Below, piece after piece: positions 13,469 to 26,777 of a stretch of DNA of 64,000 bases. The number at the start of each line of letters is the position of its first letter. The first letter of the stretch is position 1. The notes beneath the pieces were generated by a model. That model was not told where the DNA came from, searched no databases, and saw nothing but the letters and a program-made list of their open reading frames with translations. The DNA is taken from contig NC_045697.1 in NCBI RefSeq assembly GCF_009834535.1, forward strand, positions 80,106,001-80,170,000, read 5' to 3'. The DNA is from Camelus ferus (Eukaryota). The position numbers were made by a program, and so were the translations under genes.

Positions 13469-14714
13469 CTTCTTGAAAATGATATTTGGAATGAAAAAGA
13501 ACAAATTAAAAAATGTCTTCAAGATGTAAAACTTTGCTCTGTGGGACAGAAGAAATTTTCTAAGCAATTTTCTGGTTTGGTAAATAGATTGATAGAAATT
13601 GAATGTGGGCAAATAAGGTTGATAGGCAAGGCTGTAACTTAAGTTGAAGTCAAATTTTCTGAAAAGCAATGAAGATAGAAGTAGAATTATCCTGTGCTGA
13701 ATAATAGGGACAAATTACCAAAGCCCCGGTCTCGAGTTACTCTCCGGCAGCTGTGTGTGGACTGATAGGGTGTTGATAATCTGGCACAAACTCCCCTTTT
13801 TCACATGAGGAAGTTGAGGCTTGGGGATGTTAAATTACTTGGCCAAAGACTAGCTTTTAGCTTACAAAGAGGAACAGAAGTGTGACATGGCAGAACCGAT
13901 TCCATGTGCTTTATTACACAAAGCAGTGAACTCAGGCAGGCGTCATTGTCTGCTGATAGGATTCCAGAATACAGCCTCAGCTTAGGGGGCAAGGGTATTA
14001 AGTCCCTGCTGGGGGACTTTCGGTCAGTGAACAGCTACATGCCATGTTCACTCACCTGAAAGGAGCAAGGAAATTAAGGTTTTAAGGGACAGAAGAGTAA
14101 TTATTGCCACCCTTACCACATTTGTTTTATTATATCGTTTGAAGGTGGCATGTAAGATAGTCAGGTGATGTCTCCTTTCCTCCCTCCCTCCTTCTCTATT
14201 ATCATTATAAGCAGGAACCGTTTCAGAATCATGTAAAATTCATAGGCACGGTATTAGAATCTCAGATCTGTGGCTGGATGGCTGTTTCACACTGGAAAAC
14301 AAAAAACCAAAAAACAGGAAGTCTTCAACACTATAGTTGAAAGTGAGCCCCATTTATCAAGGCCTCCATGTCTGGTAGGACTTGTTGGACAGGATGCAAG
14401 AATCATCATTTGATGGGACAGTAGCTTTGTTTTTGAACTAAATGCTAGTATTTATAAATGGTGCTGGTATGCCGCTGAGTGCTTTTCTGAGAAAATTGTA
14501 ATACTGTCAGATGTCTTCTAAAGTACCACTTGGATCTAATTTTTAGGAGCTGTGCCTCAAAAAATAAACTTTTCAGGTTGGCCAGTTCACTCACTGATCA
14601 TGGTGTTCACTGATAGTTATATACATAAGCCCGTATAATTAAGGCAGGGATTCTGCACTTTTGTCAGCTTTTTTAAAATCAAAATTAACTTTCATAACCC
14701 CTAACAGTAACTAA

Positions 14715-17700
14715 AAAAAAAACAAACACCTTATTTTCAGTTTACAGAAAAAACGTGAAGAAAGTACAGAGAATTCCCGTAAGCTCCACATCCAATTTCC
14801 TCTATCATTAGCATCTTACATTAGTATGGTGCTTTTGTTACAATTAATGAACCAATATCAATACATTATATTAACTAAAGTTCATACCAACTCAGATTTC
14901 CTTAGTTATTACCTAATGTCCTTTTTCTATTCCAGGACACCACATAACATTTAGTTGTTACATCTCCTTAAGCTCTTGTTGGCAGTAACTGTTTCTCAGA
15001 CATTCTTATTTTTGATGACCTTGACAGTTTTGAGGAGAACTAGTCAGAGACTGTCCCTCTGTTGGAGTTTGTCTGATGTTTTTCTCACGATTAGACCAGA
15101 GTTACGTGTTTGAGGGAGAAAGACCCTAGGCCATTTTTATCATTTCATATTTCAAGTGTACATGGTATGCATCTCACCGTGACATCACTACCGGTGTTAA
15201 ACCTTGATCAGCTGGCTGAGGTGGTGCTTGTCGGTTTCTCCACTGTCAAGCTGCTCTTTCCCCACCTTTTTGAACTGTACTCTGCAAGAATGTCATCTTG
15301 CACAGTGCTCACTTAAGGAGTGGATGGTTTTGCTCCACCTCCTTGAGGGAGACATCTATGTGAATTATTTTTCTTCCTATGCACAGGAGACTGGTTTATT
15401 GTCTCCAATTACTAATTTATTTGATCATTTATTTATGTCAGTATGGACTCAGGAATATTTTTATATCTTGGGTTATAATCCAATATGACTATTTTGTTGA
15501 TCAGGTTGTTTCAGCTTTGGCTGTTGGGAGCTCCTTCATTTGGCTCCAGTGTTCCCTTTGATCCAGTCCCTTCACTGTGGGTTTTTTTTTTTGAAGCACG
15601 TCCTTACTTAGTGGCACTACAATTATTTCAGGCTCATCTTGTTTATTTCCCACTTCAGTCCTAGAACCAGCCATTTTTCTGAGCCTTGGTTCCTTTCATT
15701 GAAGAAAGGTATAAAAGGTCTGGACAGTAAGTATGCTCACTGCTAGTGGGGTGCTGTTTCTTCTAGGCCCTCTCAGCTGTCAGAGCAAGGAGATATACTT
15801 GTATAAACACTCTTACATTTATATATATTGAAAAATATTATTGTCTGTAACCATGTGTATCTACATTAGGCTAAATATGAGTTCATAGTGATGTCTCCAA
15901 CTCTAATCCATTATTACATGAATCATTCTAGCCTCTTCTCCTTATTGCATTATTTGCTTACCTCCCATTTAAACCATCTGTTTTTCATTTATATGTTTGC
16001 TTCTAGTATATATTTATAATAGTATCAGAATTATCAGCCAATACCCCCTTTGGAAATAAATTTATCAGAGTACAGAACTTACATACAATTTCTTTTGCTT
16101 TTAGTCTTATAGATGCCACTCTTTTCCAAAGTTACCTAGGTCAGCACCTTTTCCCTCACCCTGTTCTGTGAGGTGTTTCATGCATTTGTCATACAGTTAG
16201 GTTGTATTGTCACATTCTTCATTCCATCCTTGGATCCGCTGACCTCCTATGTGATATTTTAAAGATTTATTTTAAGATTAATCCTTTGTACTGTAAAAGT
16301 CTCTGGGTGAGTTTTGACAAATACAGTGTCATGTAGTCATCATTACAGTGTCAATACAGGATTGTTTCACAATCTTAAGAAGAAAACAAAAGCCCCGGGT
16401 TCCATTTATTTAATGTGTCCCCCACCCTTAAGCCTCTGCCAACCATTGATTTGTTTTTTAACTATCAATAGAATTTTCTTTCCCAAAATGTCATGTAATT
16501 GGAATATAGAGTAGGTACCTTTTCAGACTAGCTTCTTTCACTTAGCAATATGGATTTAAAACTCATACATGGCTTTTGGTGATTTAATACCTCTTTTTAA
16601 ACCTATCCCTGCTGAAAAACATTCCATTGCAAGGATGTACTGATTTGTTTACTCACTTGTCTTTGGAATGACATCTTGGTTGCTTCTAATTTTGGGTACG
16701 AATCCTGCCGTAAACATTCTAGTAGAGATTTTTTGAGTAGACGTACACTTTCACGTACACACTATGTTTTGGTAAATACATAGTACAATTACTGGATTGT
16801 GTGGTAAGACTATAGTTTAGCTTTGAAAGAAATTTCCAAACTGTCCTCTAAATTGGCTATGCCATTTTCCATTCCACAAGCAGTGAATGAGAATACCTGT
16901 TGTTTGACCTCCTTACCAGCAATTGGTATTGTCAGTTAAATAAAAATTTTTTAACCAAAATAATGAGTGTGCAGAGATATCACTTTGCTGTTTGAATCTG
17001 TAATTCCCTAGTGACATGTAATGTTGAGTCATAATCCTTATTTGCCACCTGTATATATTCTTTCCTGAGATGTCTGTTCAGGGTTTTTTGTTTGTTTGTT
17101 TTGCCTGTTTTTGAATTGTTTGTTTTCTGTAGTTAACTTTTAAGAGTTAATTCTTTGTATGTTTGGGGTACAAGTCCTTTATCAGATATGTGTTTTGCAA
17201 GTATTTTCTTCTAGTCTGACTTATCTTTTCATTCTCCTAATAGTGTCTTCTACAGGGCAAGAGTTCAACTTAATTTTTTCTTTCATGAATTATGCTTTTG
17301 CCTATAAAATCATCCCCAACCCAAGGTCATACAGATTTCTGTCTCCTAGAATTTTTATACTTTTAGAGGAAACTATAGAAGAACTGCTGTATACTTTCCA
17401 TTTTATACTTAGGCTTATGGTGCATTTTGAGTTAATTTTTGGGAAAAGTATAAGGTCTATGTCTAAGTTCATCTTTTTGCTTATGGACATCCAATTAGTT
17501 TCAGCATCATTTGTTGAAAAAAGTATCCATTCTCCATTGAATTGTCTTTGCTCCTTTGTCAAAGATCTATTGACTATATTTATTTTGGTCTATTTCTTGG
17601 CTTTCTAGTATAGTCCAATGATCACCTATATCATGCTGGTATTGGATACTTGACTACTGGAGCTTTATAATAAATACTGAAATTGGGTAGTATGAATCTT

Positions 17701-18380
17701 CCAACTATGTTCTTCCTTTTCAATATGTGTTGCTGTTCTGGGTCTTCTGCCTTTTCGTATAAAATGTAAATTATTTTGTCAGTTATCTACAAAATAACCT
17801 CTTGGAATTTTGATTGGGATTGCATTGAAGCTATAGAACAAGTTGGGGGGGGAAATGACAAAATATTGAATTTTCCAATCTATAAACATGGGATATCTAT
17901 TAATTTATCCTTGATTTATCAGAGTTTGTAGTGTTCTGTGTACAGACTTTGCATATATTTTGTTAGCCCTCATTTTTGATGCTATTGTAAATAGTATTTT
18001 TTTAAAACTTCACATTTCACATTGTTCATTGCTGGTATATAGACAAGCAGTTGAATTTCTTATATTAACAATTGTATCCTGCATCCTTGCTATATTCACT
18101 TATTCATTCCAGGAGTTTTCCTGTCAATTATTTGGAGGTTTTGGCATCAGCAGTCTTACCATGTGTGAAAAAAATTTATTTCTTCCTTTAAGAAGAAATA
18201 AATTCCTTCCTTTTTCCCTTTCCAATCTGTAAACTTTTTCTTTTCTTATTGTACTTGTTCAGACTTCTCACAAGGTATTGAATAGGAGCGCTGAGACAGG
18301 ACATCTTTGCCTTGTTACTAATCCTAGGGGGAGTATGTTCAGTTTTTTACTACTCAGTATGATATTAGCTGGTGGGGTCA
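14715..18380 (-). mobile_element. Old L1 (L1MC/L1MD-like) 3'UTR plus ORF2; outer host of a nested stack
   Basis: Antisense old-type 3' end (acattagtatggtgcttttgttacaattaatgaaccaatat) and ORF2 remnant 17302..17562(-) (PKINSK). Continues at ~23960. Confidence 0.85.
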
Positions 18381-18384
18381 CTTT

Positions 18385-21300
18385 TTCTTCTTCCCAGTTC
18401 ATAAAAATTATATACATTTAGGTTGTGCAATATGGTGTTTTGATACCCATGTATGTTGTGAAATGACTGCCACCATCGTGCTAATTAGCATATTCACCTC
18501 CTCACAGTTACCTCACTCGTTTTTATGGTGAGAACACTTTACATTTACCCTCAAACTTACAATTAAATTTCAAGTATACCATACATTATTATTAACATAG
18601 TCATCATGCTGTACATTAGGTCTCCAGAACTAGTTCATAACAGTTTGTCCACTCTGACAACATTTCCCCTTTCCTCCTACTACCCAGCCTCTGGCAATCA
18701 CAATTCTACTCTGCTACTATGAGATTGACTTTTTTTCTTGGATGCCACTTGTAAGTGACATGAGTAATATTTGTCTTTCTGTATCACAGATGGCAGGATT
18801 TCCTTCTTTATTAAGGCCTTATATATTCTGTGTGATATTTTCTTTACTTATTCAGCTGTTGACGGATGCCTAGGTTACTGTGAATAATGCTGTAATGAGC
18901 TGAGAATTCAGGTATCTTTTAGAGATGATGATTTTATTTTCTTTGGATATATACTCAGAAATGGGATTGTTGGATCATATGGTGTTTCTATTCTCAGTTA
19001 TTTGAGGAACCTCCACACTGTTTTCCACAGTGGCTATAAAACATTCCCACCAGCAGTGTACAAAGTGTCTCCTATTTTTCACATCCTCACCAACACTTGT
19101 TGTTTTTTGACCTTCTGGTAATAGCTACCCTAACAAGTGTAAGGTGATAATCTTATGGTATTGATTTTAATTTCCCTGATAATTAATGATGTTGAGCATA
19201 TTTTTATATACCTGTTAGTCATTTGTATGTCTTCTCTGGAAAATGTCTATCCAGGTCCTTGGTGCATTTTTTAGTTTTTTTTTGGAGGGGTGGTGGTTTG
19301 TTTTTGCTATTGAGTTATTCCTATGTATTTGGATATTTAACTCTTACCAGATACATAGTTTTCAAAATATTTTCTCCCATTCTGTAGGTCATCTTTTCAT
19401 CTTGTTGATTGTTTTCTTTGTTGTGTGGAAGATTTAATTTGATGTAGTCCCGCTTGTTTTTTGTTTATTTTGTTTTTGTTACCTGTGTTTTGGTGTTAAA
19501 TCTAAAAAACTATTGCCTGGGCCAAGGTCAAGGAGGTTTCTCCTATGTTTTTTTCTAGACATTTTACAGTTTCAGGTCTTACATAAAAATCAACTCAAAA
19601 TGAACTAAAGATTTAAATATAAGTTGTTCTTATAGAGGTCTGGTTTCATTCTTTTGCATATGTGTCCTGTTTCCCAACAGCATTTGCTGAAAAGGTTATC
19701 CTTTTCCTATTGTGTATTCTTGGTGTCTTTGTCAAAGATTAGTTAACCATATATGTATGAGTTTACTTCTGGGCTATTTATGCTGTTCTATGGGTCTATA
19801 TGTCTGGCTTTATGCCAGAACAATACGGTTTTGATTACTATAGTTTTGTAATATAATTTGAAATCAGAAAGTATGATGCCTCTAGCTTTGTTTTTCTTGC
19901 TCAAGATTGCTTTACTTATGTGGGGTCTTTTGTGGTTCCATACAAATTTTAGGCTTTTTCTTTCTTCTGTGAAGAATACCATTGGAATTTTAATAGGAAT
20001 TACATTGAATCTATAGCTTGCTTTGGGTAGTATGGACATTTTAATAGTATTAATTCTTGCAATCTATGAACACAAGATATTCTTTCACTTATTTGTGTCT
20101 TTTTCAACTTTTCATCAATGTGTTACAGTTTTCAGTATGCAGATCTTTCACCTACTGGGTTAAATTTATTCCTAAATAGTATTCTTCTTGATGCTCTTGT
20201 AAATAGGATTGTTTTCTTTATTTTTATTTCAGATAATTGGTTGTTAGTGTATGAAAATGTAGCTGATTTTTATATTGACTTTTGCATCCTGCAATTTTAC
20301 TGAATTTTTAAAATTAGCTTAACAGTTTTTTGATGGAAACTTCAGTTTACATATAAAATAGTATCATCTATAAACAGAGACAATTTTATTTCTTCCTTTC
20401 CAATTTAGATGCCTTTCTTTCTTTCTTTTTTTTTTTTTTTCTTGCCTAAATGATCTGGCTAGGACTTCCAGTACTCTGTTAAGTAAAAGTGTGGAGAGAG
20501 CACATGCTTATCTTGTTCCTGATTTTAGAGGAAAAGCTTTTTAGCTTTTCACTGTGGAGTATAGTGTTAGCTGTGGGTTTGTCTAAATGGTCTGTATTAT
20601 GTTGATGTACATCCCTTCTATAACTAATTTGTTGAGAGTTTTTAATATAAATGATGTTGAATTTTTGTCAGATGCCTTATCTGCATTTACTGAGATGATC
20701 ATTTGATTTTTATCCTTAATTTTTAAATGTGATATAGCACATTGGTATTCTTTTTAAAATTTATTGAAGTCTAGTCAATTTGCAATGTTAGTTTCAGGTG
20801 TACAACAAAGTAATTCTATTATACATATACATACATACATATATGTTTCCAGTTTCTTTTCCATTGCAGCTCATTACAAGAAATTGAATATAGTTCCTTG
20901 TGCTATACAGTAGGTCCTTGTTGTTTATCTGTTTTACATATGGTAATGTGTATCTGTGATTCATATTCTTATGTTGAACCATCCTTGCATCCCAAGGATA
21001 AATCTTACTTGAGCATGATGTATGATCCTTTTAATGTGTTGTTGAAATTGGTTTGCTCATATTTTGTTTAGGATTTTTGTATCTATATTCATCAGGGATA
21101 TTGGCCTCAGGATAATTTTCTTATAGTGTACTTTTCTGGCTATGTTATCAGGGTAATGATTGCCTCATAAAGTGAGTTTGGAAATGTTTCCTCATGTTCA
21201 ACTTTTTGGAAGTGTTTGAGAAGTATTGGCATTAATTTTTTTTTTTAAATGTTTGGTAGAATTCACTTAAGTAAAACCCTCTGGTCCTGTGCTTTTCTTT

Positions 21301-23955
21301 GTTGGAGTATTTTAAACTACTGATTTAATCTCCTTACTTGCTTAATATATTGACATTTAGATGCCCTAATATTGGTGCATATATATTTACAACTGCTGTA
21401 GCCTCTTGATGAATTGAATGCTTTATCATTATATGATGACTTTCTTAGTCTCTTCTTAAATTATTGGATCTTGAAGACTATTTTGTCTGATATAAATATT
21501 GCTACCTCTCTTCTTTTCTGACTTCCACTTCATGGAATATCTTTTTCCATCCCTTCACTTTCAGCCTATAGGGTGTCCTTAAAGCTGAAGTGAGTTTCTT
21601 GTCAGCACTGTATAGTTAGGTCTTATTTTTTAATCCATTAAGGCACTCTATGTCTTTGGATAATTTAATTCACCTATCTTTAAAGTAATTATTAATAGGT
21701 TAAGACTTACTATTGCCATTTTGTTAATTGTTTTCTGACTGTTTTGTAGTTTCCTTTTTCCTTTCTTACTGTCTTCTTTTGTTATTTGATGATTTTCTGT
21801 AGTGGCATGCTTTGATTTCTTTTTCTTTATCTTTTGTGTACTTACTGTACGTTTGTTGTTGTCATAAGGCTTATATAAAACAGTTATAATCTTCTGGTTT
21901 AATTTGATTGCATACAAAAACTCTACCTTTTTACTGCCCTACTCACATTTTTTTTGCTATCACAATTTACTTATTTTTATATTGTGTCTAAAACATTATT
22001 GTAGCTATAATTATTTTTAATACTTGTATCTTTATACTTGTCGTTAATATTTACCTTATTTTATACCACAGTTAACAGTAGTTTACATACTACTATTGCA
22101 GTATTAGAATATTCTAAAGTAGACTATATATTTACCTTTACCAGTGCTTTGTATCTTCATATGATTCGTGTTATTAGTGTCTTTTCATTTTAACTCAATG
22201 AACTCCTTTCAGCATTTTTTGTAAGGCAGGTCTCATGGTGATTAAATCCCTCAGATATTGTTTGTTTAAATAAAGTTTTTCTCTCTCCTTTATTTTGAAA
22301 GGACAGCTTTGCCAGGTAAAGTATTCTTGGTTGGCAGTTTTTTCTTTTAGCACGTTGAATATATCGTGTCATTCTCTCCTGGCCTAAAAGGTTTCTGCTG
22401 AAAAATTTGCTGATAGCCTTATTGGGTTCCCTTTTATGTGAAGAGTTTTTTTTTTTTTTTTTTTTCTTGCTGATTTCAAAATTCTTTATCTTTGATTTTT
22501 GACAGCTTTATTACAATGTGACTTGGTAAAGTCCTCTTTGGATTGAATTTGGGGACAGATTTGAGATGTTTTCAGCCATTATTTAATAAACTTTCTCTTA
22601 ATCTCTTTTACTTCTTGAACTCCCATAATGTGTTTCACACGTAAATTCCATGTTTTTACTTCAATCTTTTCTTTTTTGTTTTCTGCCTCTAACTGGGTAA
22701 TTTCAAATGACTTGTCTTTGAGTTCACAGGTTCTGTCTTCTGCTTGATCAAGTCTTCTGTTCACTTTCTCCAGTGCAGTTTTATTTTAGTCATTGTATTC
22801 TTCAGTTTCAGAATTTGCTTGTTCATTTAAAATAATTTCTAACTCTTTGTTGAATTTCTTGTTTTGTTCATGTACTGTCTTCCTGATTTTTTGTCTATCT
22901 ATACTCTCTTGTATCTTACTGAGCTTCCTTAAAATAATTATTTTGAATTATTAGTCGAGCAGTTCTTAGATCTCTATTTCTTTGAAGACAGTTACTGGAA
23001 GTTTACTGTGTTGCTTTGGTGCTGTCATTTTCCCTCGTTTTTCATGTTTTTTGTGGATTTGCCTTGATGTCTGCACATTTGATGGAGCAGTTACCTCTTC
23101 CAAACTTCATAGACTGGCTTTAGTAGGGAAAGATCTTTACCTACTTGTGGGTGTGAGGACTCTGGCTGAGTGGGGTGTGGTGGTTCCAACACTGAGGAGG
23201 TCACAGCAGCACAGTCTCCATGCAGCTCTGTTAGTGAGGCTATAGGTCTGGGCTGTGGGTGCTCTTGCTGCAGAGCTCATGCTCTGGTGTCCTGGGCATA
23301 GGCACTTGTGGACTGGCTGCTGAGTCAGAATTTGTAGTATGGGCATGGGCAGAGGAGCCACAAAGCTGAGGTCTGGAGCATGGGCACACAGAGTGGCTGT
23401 GGCTCCAGGTCTGGGGCATGGGCAGAACTGTGGGAGTTGGGAGGTGTGTGGCAACCCTGGTCCTGGAATGGTGCAACAGTGGCTCCCCCTTGGAGGGTAG
23501 GGTGTGAAGTGTGGGGAGTAGGCATGCATTAATGTCTCTCTGTCCGTGGTCCTCTGCAGTGACGGCTGTTGGTTACCCCCATGGTAAAAGCTGTTGGAGC
23601 AGGCCCCTGGGCTTCACTCTGATGAACACTATGGAGCCCTCAGCTGTGAAAACTATAGGGAATCCACAGCTGTCAGCTGCCACAGGGCCACTGGGAACCG
23701 TGGTGGCACCTGATGTGTGGCTAGTACTGAGAGTCCCAACCCTTCTTTGTTCCTAGCCACTTCCAGAAATCTCAGTTATGTCAATCTCCCCAGAGATCCT
23801 TTGTGTGCAGTTACTCTGTTTTTTGTTCCACTGTGTTCCTACAGGTTCTCTTGAGTGTACTCTTGAGCCCTCCCAGGGCTTTTTTTCATTCATGGATAGC
23901 TATGTAAGTGTTGCTTCTGGTGCAGAGCAAAGGCTCCTATTTCTTGCTGACATCG
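18385..23955 (-). mobile_element. L1 (L1MA-like), near full-length with an internal ORF2 deletion near 21350, inserted in the older L1
   Basis: 3'UTR at ~18400-18800, ORF2 remnants ([19 protein letters not shown]), ORF1 remnants (KNCQPRILYLAKLSF; RLDQAEDRTCELKD), GC-richer 5'UTR at 23150-23950. Confidence 0.88.
20750..20958 (-). mobile_element. Short younger L1 3'-end inserted in the L1MA-like element
   Basis: tttattgaagt..ttcaggtgtacaacaaagt..tatagttccttgtgctatacagtaggtccttgttgtttatc interrupts otherwise contiguous ORF2. Confidence 0.85.
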
Positions 23956-23959
23956 CTCA

Positions 23960-24680
23960 AGGAAAGCCTTGTCTGTTCCTAGTTTGCTGAGAACACCACC
24001 ATGAATGGGTGTTGAATTTTGTTATATTCTTTTTCTGCAGCTGATATGATCATATGATTTTTTAACCTGTTGATATGATGGATTACATTAATTGATTTTC
24101 AAATGTTGAACCAGCCTTGCATATTTGGAATAAAACATTTGGTTATGGTATATAATTTTTTATAAATTATTGGGTTCAACTTGCTAATATTTTATTGAGG
24201 ATGTTTATCTATATTCATGAGGGATATTGATCTATAGTTTTCCTTTCTTATAGTGTTTTTATCTGATTTTGATACTAGGGTAATTATCAGCCTCATAGAA
24301 TGTGCTAGAATTTGTACACTCTGCTTCTGTTTTCTGGAAGAAAATGTGAAGAATTAATTTTTTTTCCTCCCTAAGTATTTGGTAGAATTCACCAGTGAAA
24401 TGAGCTTGGTACTTCCTTTTTTTAAAGTTTATTAATTACTGAATTAATTATTTAATACATAACAGGCTTTTAAAAATGATCTGTTTCTCTGAGTTTTGGT
24501 AGTTGTGTCTTTCAAGGAATTAGTCAATTTAATCTGTTATCAAATTTGTGAGCTTAGAGCTGTTTACAGTTTTCCTTTATTCTTTTGACATCTGTGAGAT
24601 CAGTAGTAATGACCCCTTTTTCATTTGTGATATTGGTAATTTGTGTCTTTTCTCTCTTTTTTTTTTTTTCTTGGTAACAG
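23960..24680 (-). mobile_element. Continuation of the old L1 ORF2 (14715-18380)
   Basis: ttcctagtttgctgaga..atgaatgggtgttgaattttg follows, in L1 order, the agtatgatattagctg at ~18360. Confidence 0.8.
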
Positions 24681-25539
24681 TAAGTTTTTAAATCTCTGAA
24701 CTTTAAAATTTGCTTCTATCTAAGAAGTCATTATTCACCTTGTCAAAATTTCTCTTATTTTTAAGATAAACTTCCTGGGGTTATGTATTGGAATGACTCC
24801 CTCCTGATGAGCTGCACAGTTCTTCAGATACCACTTTGTTCCCGGGCAAGGGAGCATCCACCAGAGATGGAGTCTATAGTCACACTTTCTAATCTACAGC
24901 AAATTAAAATCCCACCTAACTGAAGAAACATCAAAATAACTGAAGAAATATTGCAAATAACCCCAAGGCCTTAAGTAAACTGGTCAGGGCACATTTTTTT
25001 GAGGCTGTATCTTATGAGGTCATTTGTTTGCAGTCCTACTTTCTGGCATATTAAGTCATTGTGTAAAGAATGTTCCCATGCCATGCCTCAAAAGTTTGCA
25101 AAGAAGAAATTATTAGTCTACAAGTTTGTACAAATCCAACAATATTCTACATAAACCTTCCTGTCACCCTATTCTCAATCTCTTTGTCTCCTTTAAAGCT
25201 TATTATACCCACATGCAAAGAAAATTTAATATTCTCAAGAGAAAACTTTGAAGCACTGCCTAATTCTCCTCAGATTTCTCTAGATACCAGTACCTAATTA
25301 TTTTATTATGGGGGTGGTGTGGTAATCTGCTCCCAGAAGTAGAAAAATGTATTAAAACTTGATTATCCAAATAAAGTCAAAATGAATAACTAGAAGATAT
25401 GATTTAAACTCGCTTAAACCTCATAGAGGCTAGAGCATGTAAAATGTAAAACCATATCATCATACTGGGTTAATTTTAGGACAGTGCCACTAAATCAATA
25501 TAGGTGTTATGATGTATCTCTAAAACAGGTAATGTAGTC

Positions 25540-25750
25540 ATTAAGCAGTCTGGAATCAGAAAAAGATTGAATCATAGTTCTGATATTACTAACCCTGTAG
25601 TCTTAGGCAAATTACTTAATTTTCTCTGTACCTCAATTTTATCATATATAAAATGGGGAAGCAAATAATTGTTGGTTGACATAGAAATGAAATTACGGAT
25701 GCAAAGCATTTTAGATGCATGCCTGGTACAAGTGCCTATAAATATTAATG
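25540..25750 (+). mobile_element. MIR SINE
   Basis: gtcttaggcaaattacttaattttctctgtacctcaattttatcatatataaaatgggg (MIR core). Confidence 0.7.
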
Positions 25751-25832
25751 ATAGTAATGATAAGGATGATTAGTTGAATATGTTCAGAGGAGAGCAAGCA
25801 GTACATTTGCCTACCTTACTTCAGTGGTGACC

Positions 25833-26335
25833 CTTTTAAAAACATCTTTATTGAAACCTACTTAACCTATTACAAAATTCACTGATTTGAAATGGTTAAT
25901 TGGGTAGTTTTAGTGTATTAACAGAGTTGGGCATCACCGCCATCTAAGTTTAGAACATTTTCATCATCCCAAAAGAAATCCCATATCCGTAAGCAGACTT
26001 TTCCTCTCCACCCTGACCCCAAGTCCTAAGCGCTAATCTGCTTTCTGTCTATGTAGATATGCCTATTCTAGACATTTATATAAAAGGAATCATACAATAT
26101 GCAGTCTTTTGTAACTGGCTTCTTTCACTTAGCGTTATGCTTTCAAGGTTCATTCATGTTATAGCATCTATCAGCACTTAATTCCTTTTTATTGCCAAAT
26201 GCTATCCCTTTGGATGGATATACCACATTGTATCTATTCACTCATTAGTTGATGGACTCTTGGGTTGTTTCCACTTTTTGGGTATTACGAGTAATGCTGC
26301 TCTAAACATTAATGTAAACATTTTTATGTAGACAT
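25833..26335 (-). mobile_element. L1MB-like 3' fragment
   Basis: tagaacattttcatcatcccaaaagaaa..ctggcttctttcacttagc..caaggttcattcatgtt..taccacattg. Confidence 0.85.
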
Positions 26336-26399
26336 GAATCATGACCATTTTCAAGAGGAAATTTTAAAATTTCCTTTGATAAATATGAAAGGATCCCCT

Positions 26400-26777
26400 G
26401 TTCACATCACCTTCAAAGAAGGCTTACTACTCAACTTGTGAGTGCGATTATCTGACAACCTCATAATCTGTGAGCTCCTTCAAAGTTGGCCTTGGCAGCA
26501 GAGAATCACTTCACTTAAGTTCTTTCCCTTTCCAGGGCAGCCCACATAGAATGACTGACCAGAGAAGGATATAAAGATCAGCCATTTCAGTTCAGTTTGC
26601 TCAAGAGCTTCCAGTCTGGTTGGCCAAGGTTTGCTGGCAATCCATTGTAGTTTGACTTCTTCCCATCCCCAGTCCTGCTTCCTCTCCTTTTCTTCACAGG
26701 TGTTGATCTTTCTAATAAACATCTTGTGCCCCCAGCTTCATCTCACTGTTGCTGTCTTGGTGACCCAACCTAGAACA
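26400..26777 (+). mobile_element. LTR16-like ERVL LTR
   Basis: gggcagcccaca..cagtcctgcttcct..cacaggtgttgatc..ctaataaacatcttg..catctca..acccaacctagaaca. Confidence 0.7.

Noticed and set aside
17159..17608. Hydrophobic membrane-like ORFs (also 36720..37178, 44768..45088)
   Set aside because: Antisense translations of T-rich L1 ORF2, a well-known artefact.
24917..24948. Direct repeat TAACTGAAGAAA x2
   Set aside because: Only two copies of 12 bp: a local micro-duplication, not an array or CRISPR.
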